NCBI RefSeq assembly: GCF_028641065.1
Contig: NC_073382.1
Coordinates: 82,522,001-82,586,000 of the forward strand
Source of the DNA: Leucoraja erinacea
Taxonomy: Eukaryota
DNA: 64,000 nucleotides
Reading direction: 5' to 3'
Made by a program: the position numbers and the translations under genes. Under the pieces are notes generated by a model. The model was given only the letters and a program-made list of their open reading frames with translations, did not search any database and was not told where the DNA came from. Below are positions 60,127-64,000 of this stretch, one piece after another; the stretch's first letter is position 1, and every line of letters begins with the position of its first letter.

Positions 60127-61742
60127 CAGTGGCTTGCAAAAGTATTCATACCCCTTGAACTTTTCCACATTTTGTCACGTTACAACCACAAACGTAAATG
60201 TATTTTATTGGGATTTTATGTGATAGACCAACACAAAGTGGTGCATAATTGTGAAGTGGAAGGTAAATGATACATGGTTTTCAAATTTGTTTACAAATAA
60301 AAAACTGAAAAGTGTGGCGTGCAAAAGTATTCAGCCCCCCTGAGTCAATACTTTGTAGAACCACCTTTTGCTGCAATTACAGCTGCAAGTCTTTTGGGGT
60401 ATTTCTCGACCAGCTTTGCACATCTAGAGACTGACATTTTTACCCATTCTTCTTTGCAAAATAGCTCAAGCTCAGTCAGATTGGATGGAGAACGTCTGTG
60501 AACAGCAATTTTCAAGTCTTGCCAGAGATTCTCAATTGGATTTAGGTCTGGACTTTGACTGGGCCATTCTAACACATGAATATGCTTTTATCTAAACCAT
60601 TCCATTGTCGCTCTGACTGTATGTTTAGGGTCGTTGTCCTGCTGGAAGGTGAACCTCCGCCCCAGTCTCAAGTCTTTTGCAGACTCTTAACAGGTTTTCT
60701 TCCAAGATTGCCCAGTGTTTGGCTCCATCCATCTTCCCATCAACTCTGACCAGCTTTGCTGTCCCTGCTGAAGAAAAGCATCCCCACAGCATGATGCTGC
60801 CACCACCATGTTTCACAGTGGGGATGGTGTGTTCAGGGTGATGTGCAGTGTTAGTTTTCCGCCACGCATAGCGTTTTGCATTTAGGCCAAAAATGTCAAT
60901 TTTGGTCTCATCTGACCAGAGCATCTTCCTCCACATGTTTGCTGTGTCCCCCACATGGCTTGTGGCAAACTGCAAACAGGACTTCTTATGGCTTTTTTTC
61001 AACAATGGCTTCCTTCTTGCCACTCTTCCATAAAGGCCCGATTTGTGGAGTGCACGACTAATAGTTGTCCTGTGGACAGATTCTCCCACCTGAGCTGTGG
61101 ATCTCTGCAGCTCCTCCAGAGTTACCATGGGCCTCTTGGCTGCTTCTCTGATCAATGCTCTCCTTGCCCGGCCTGTCAGTTTAGGTGGACGGCCATGTCT
61201 TGGTAGGTTTGCAGTTGTGCCATACACTTTCCATTTTCGGATGATGGATTGAACAGTGCTCTGTGAGATGTTCAAAGCTTGGGATATTTTTTTATAACTT
61301 AACCCTACTTTAAACTTTTCCACAACTTTATCCCTGGCCTGTCTGGTGTGTTCCTTGGGCTTCATGATGCTGTTTGTTCACTCATGTTCTCTAACAAACC
61401 TCTGAGGCCTTTACTGAACAGCTGTATTTATACTGAGATTAGATTACACACAAGTGGACTTTTTACTAATTATGTGACTTTTGAAGGCAATTGGTTGCAC
61501 TGGATTTTATTTAGGGGTATCAGAGTAAAGGGGGCTGAATACTTTTGCACGCCACACTTTTCAGTTTTTTATTTGTAAAAAATTTTGAAAACCATGTATC
61601 ATTTTCCTTCCACTTCACAATTATGCGCCACTTTGTGTTGGTCGATCACATAAAATCCCAATAAAATACATTTACGTTTGTGGTTGTAACGTGACAAAAT
61701 GTGGAAAAGCTCATGGGGTATGAATACTTTTGCAAGCCACTG
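60127..61742 (-). mobile_element. Full-length Tc1 (DD34E, Passport/Eagle-like) transposon
   Basis: TA|CAGTGGCTTGCAAAAGTATTCATACCCC ... GGGGTATGAATACTTTTGCAAGCCACTG|TA; ~210-bp IR/DR-type TIRs; 1616 bp. Confidence 0.97.
60345..61365 (-). pseudogene. Tc1 transposase, inactivated
   Basis: MKPKEH...GRPPKL...WSDETK...FQQDNDPKH...[11 protein letters not shown]...GGSTKY*; +1 frameshift near 60690 and an in-frame TAA near 60589. Confidence 0.93.
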
Positions 61743-62569
61743 TATATCTTAATTTCATTGAACCAAATACTTGGTTGAATATGTGGCATTATTTTCATCT
61801 TGTTTATATAGTCAAAGGGTGAGGTTGATTGATTAATTTATTTGTGCAGAACAGTGATGGTAGTCTGACTCCTCTTGCCTTTCTATGGGGTTTTTTCTCT
61901 ATATATATGCATAACAGCATGAATTATAATCTGATTTCCATACATGAATATACTAAGGTCATTCATGTGCTGCACCTGTTGATCAGAGTGTGGCTCTATT
62001 GTGGAATGTAATTAGGAATGTAATTTAGCCTAACCTTATTCATACCTAATCCAATTTAAAGCATAAATGTTGCATTCAAATGTAAGTTAAAAGACTCGCT
62101 ACAGAATGCACCAGATTGCACAATTTCAAGCTGGAAAATGCAAAAGCTCCCCACCGTAGGAGGGGTGGACAACCCCCCTCGCCCCTCCTCCCCCCCCCCT
62201 CCCCTCAGTCGCTATGCTCCCTCACAATTTTTCACTCTCAACTTTCACCCAATGTTGCCAGCCCTGGGATGGGAGGTTAGTTTGTGGGATGGTCTGGGCT
62301 GCGTCCACAACTCTCTACAATTTCCTGTGGTCTTGGATGGAGCTGTTCCTACTGTTCCCTTGTGTGTTGGTGGGGAGGGGGGGTGAGAGCAGAGCTACGA
62401 GAGGAGATGGGGGTGAGGGATCCATCTGCGATATGTTATGGTGTTGTTCCTGTGACGCAGGTTTCTGGTCCGGGGAGAGTTGGTGACTCTGGTGACGGGA
62501 TGAGGATCGCTCGGCCAACTGGTTGTTGGATTCTGACTAACCGCAGCGAAGCAGTCAACGGAGCAGGTC

Positions 62570-62950
62570 TCAGTCACCATGACAACAGAGAAGGCCTCAG
62601 TCACCATGAAAACGAAGCAGGGCCCGGTCACCATGACAACAGAGCAGGCCCCGTTCACCATGGAAATGGAGCAGACCCCGGTCACCATGACAACAGAGCA
62701 GGCCCCGGTCACCATGAAAACGGAACAGGCCCCGGTCACCATGACAACAGAGCAGGCCTCGGTCACCATGACAACAGAGCAGGCCCCGGTCACCATGGAA
62801 ACGGAGCAGGCCCCGGTCACCATGACAACAGAGCAGGCCCCGGTCACCAGGGAAATGGAGCAGGCCCCAGTCACCATGACAACAGAGCAAGCCCCGGTCA
62901 CCATGAAAACGGATGGAACAGGCCCCGGTTACCGTGACAACGGATCAGAT
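62570..62950 (+). repeat. 27-bp minisatellite (13-14 units)
   Basis: Unit GTCACCATGACAACAGAGCAGGCCCCG; reads MTTEQAPVT in one frame. Confidence 0.95.
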
Positions 62951-63484
62951 CCCAGTAGTCGTGGTAACGCCACCAGATTTGGATTCTACACATTTGTTCC
63001 CACAAAACGGTCCTGGAGAATCGGCAAACTCTCCGGCACCACCCTCTGACCCCGGTAACCACGGGCAACAGTCCTCTGACCCCGATCCCAGTTGCCAAGG
63101 ACCTGCTCCCCCTCCCCCCTCCCCCCCCCTGCTCCTCCTCCCCCCACCCCCCCCTCTCCCCTCCCCCCCCCCCCCCCCTCCTCCTCCCCCTCCCCTCCCC
63201 CCTCCTCCTCCCTCCTCCCCCCACCCCCTCCCCCAGGCCTCCCCCCAGCGTCCGGCTTGCTCCGGCGATCGGCCCCGGCCCGACGTTCCCGCTTGCGCCG
63301 CTTTAACTGGGACGCCTTGCCGCAGCACCGTGTGGTGGGCCGGCAGAACATCTGGACAACGCAGACAGATGTTGCGCACATCGCCATCGACACCAGCAGA
63401 ATGGAGGAGCTGTTCGCCAGCAGCCAGGCCAAGGGGGTCCAGCCTACACGACAACCCTCCCCCCAGCGGGGAACCCGCACCGAG
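62913..63484 (+). CDS. FHDC1/INF1-family formin, first coding exon (FH1 poly-Pro and start of FH2). Start codon uncertain (62579 or 62913); apparent frameshift in the poly-C tract
   Basis: Poly-Pro, then RRSRLRRFNWDALPQHRVVGRQNIWT...IDTSRMEELF, matching the recalled FHDC1 pattern RMRSFFWKTIP...GKTNIWT...IDTKTIEELF; donor GAG|gtgagt at 63485; probable acceptor cgcag| at 62460. Confidence 0.82.
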
Positions 63485-63559
63485 GTGAGTGGGGGTCATC
63501 ACCCGAGGGGGAGGGAAGGGTGGAGATGGGGCTGCGAGAGGGGAGGGGGTCATGAGTTC

Positions 63560-64000
63560 ATATGTTCATCAGTGATAGGAGCAGAATTAGCCCATTCAGC
63601 CCATCAAGTCTACTCCGCCATTCAATCCTGGCTTATCTATCTCTCCCTCCTAATCCCATTCTCCTGCCTCTCCCCATAACCTTTGACACCCGTACTAATC
63701 AAGAATCTTTCTGTCTGTGCCTTAAAAATATCCACTGACTTGGCCTCCACAGCCGTCTGTGGCAAAGAATTCCACAGATCCACCACCACGCCAGGGACTA
63801 AAGAAATTCCTCCTCATCTTCCTAAAGGAACGTCCTTTTATTCTAAGGCCAAAGCCTCTGGCCCTAGACTCTCCCACTAGTGGAAACATCCTCTCCTCAT
63901 CCACTCTATCCAGGCCTTTCACTATTCTGTACATTTCAATGAGGTCATCCCTCATCATTCTAAACTCCAGCGAGTACAGGCCCAGTGCCGACAAACGCTC
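63560..64000 (-). mobile_element. CR1 LINE 3' end
   Basis: SALGLYSLEFRMMRDDLIEMYRIVKGLDRVDEERMFPLVGESRARG. Confidence 0.9.

Noticed and set aside
62284-62937. His-rich ORF (GPGHHDNRA)n as a metal-binding protein
   Set aside because: It is an alternative frame of the 27-bp repeat that stops at 62937 and does not connect to FH1/FH2; it cannot be fully excluded as a uORF from ATG 62500.

Overview
Vertebrate genomic DNA with nine N-gaps. The repeat landscape (CR1/HER1 LINEs, tRNA-derived SINEs, Penelope-like elements) suggests a cartilaginous fish such as a skate or ray; this is an inference. Three genes are supported. TIMM10B (minus strand, 3 coding exons, 110 aa, twin CX3C) lies head-to-head with ARFIP2 (plus strand, 7 coding exons, two cut by gaps), with only about 106 bp between the TIMM10B ATG and the ARFIP2 exon-1 donor. 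Downstream is the 5' end of an FHDC1/INF1-family formin, probably an ohnolog lost in mammals. The first ~10.8 kb is a non-autonomous Helitron complex carrying an ~8.4-kb 51/37-bp satellite and a head-to-tail CTAG|TC junction. Also present: an internally deleted Gypsy element, two Tc1 elements, a TTAA-flanked MITE, and many Penelope-like terminal repeats with minimal hammerhead-ribozyme motifs. The most unusual pattern is that minisatellites here are built from functional signals. Arrays of 5' splice sites sit on both sides of the bidirectional promoter, arrays of decoy 3' splice sites and copied intron-exon junctions lie inside ARFIP2, and a 27-bp array that is both a Kozak-ATG repeat and an RFX X-box repeat sits at the start of the formin. 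Almost all ORFs in the supplied track are repeat or gap artefacts. Protein identities come from recalled homologues, not from a database search.
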